Shown here: in pieces, positions 45,060-45,541 of the stretch
How the letters are laid out: each line of letters begins with the position of its first letter
How positions within the stretch are numbered: the first letter of the stretch is position 1
IMG/VR virus record: IMGVR_UViG_3300008262_000026
Length of the DNA: 45,541 bases
Reading direction: 5' to 3' (one strand)
From: a virus
Taxonomy: Duplodnaviria > Heunggongvirae > Uroviricota > Caudoviricetes
Position numbers and translations under genes: made by a program
Notes under the pieces: model-generated
The model's input: only the letters and a program-made list of their open reading frames with translations
What the model was told of the DNA's origin: nothing
Database searches by the model: none

Positions 45060-45541
45060 TTGAACATATTTGTTACTTCTCCATTTCCTGCGGAGAGTGC
45101 TATTGTACTTCCTGACCGTCACGTAACGAAGATGGCCCTTGAATGCTGCCAGATGCTGTCCATAGTGGCGTCTGAGTGGTATCATGGGTATGGAACCCTA
45201 CCCAAGGCAGATGGGACGCCTTACAGCACCACCAAGGGGGCATTCAGGAACCATCCCTGTACCAAGTGGGCAGCGGAGAGTGTCCACAATGCTTACTGGT
45301 TGATCAAGCACGGTATGAATCTGTGTGATGAATATATGCTGAGATACGGTAAGCAGCATTCGTGTTATAATACTCTACTTGCTGCTTATTATCTTTTCCC
45401 CAAAGGAAAGATTACTGAAGTCACTCCATTTGTTCGTGCTATGCCCGATGAATATAAACTTGACACAAGCATTGACACTTTTACTGCTTACAAGATGTAT
45501 ATCGCATCCAAACCTTGGGTTGCATCTAATTATCTTCGTAT
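45060..45541 (+). CDS. Pyrimidine-dimer DNA glycosylase / endonuclease V-like protein, 3'-truncated; missed by the ORF track
   Basis: TTG start; MNIFVTSPFPAESAIVLPDRHVTKMALECCQML...NHPCTKW...RYGKQH, open to the window end. Confidence 0.8.
   Translation, partial: MNIFVTSPFPAESAIVLPDRHVTKMALECCQMLSIVASEWYHGYGTLPKADGTPYSTTKGAFRNHPCTKWAAESVHNAYWLIKHGMNLCDEYMLRYGKQHSCYNTLLAAYYLFPKGKITEVTPFVRAMPDEYKLDTSIDTFTAYKMYIASKPWVASNYLR

Noticed and set aside
1-45541. CRISPR arrays, tRNA/rRNA genes, DGR template/variable repeats, integrase or transposase
   Set aside because: No spaced direct-repeat array, cloverleaf, long near-identical repeat pair, reverse transcriptase or recombinase motif seen by eye; intergenic gaps are mostly too short. 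tRNAscan and a self-dotplot would confirm.

Overview
This window is the core virion-morphogenesis and start of the replication/recombination block of a T4-like myovirus. Gene order and sequence style (giant gp7, gp8, VrlC-like, gp13-gp23 without gp24, gp3, uvsY, uvsW, gp55, gp47, gp46, vWA-peptidase, cobS-like AAA+, gp45, denV-like) best fit a cyanomyovirus (Kyanoviridae-like); the host is inferred because no photosynthesis genes are in the window. All real genes are on the + strand, with (T)ATAAATA late promoters before structural genes and sigma70-like TATAAT promoters in the replication part. Main anomalies: (1) the major capsid gene g23 is split by a frameshift near its N-terminus; (2) the small conserved ORF after g20 has lost its 5' half, and both lesions sit at TCAGGTA(A/T)GC; (3) a late-promoter gene starting with a T4 capsid-targeting-like sequence (MKTFQDFITE) and a 581-aa modular protein both look like gp21-processed internal head (injected) polyproteins; (4) an intact free-standing HNH-type endonuclease and a probable endonuclease scar each left a duplicated start of the downstream gene; (5) a perfect antisense sigma70 promoter overlaps the g55 promoter, and a palindromic box recurs upstream of two early promoters. 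Family assignments come from motif recall, not database searches. No tRNA, rRNA or CRISPR array was seen.
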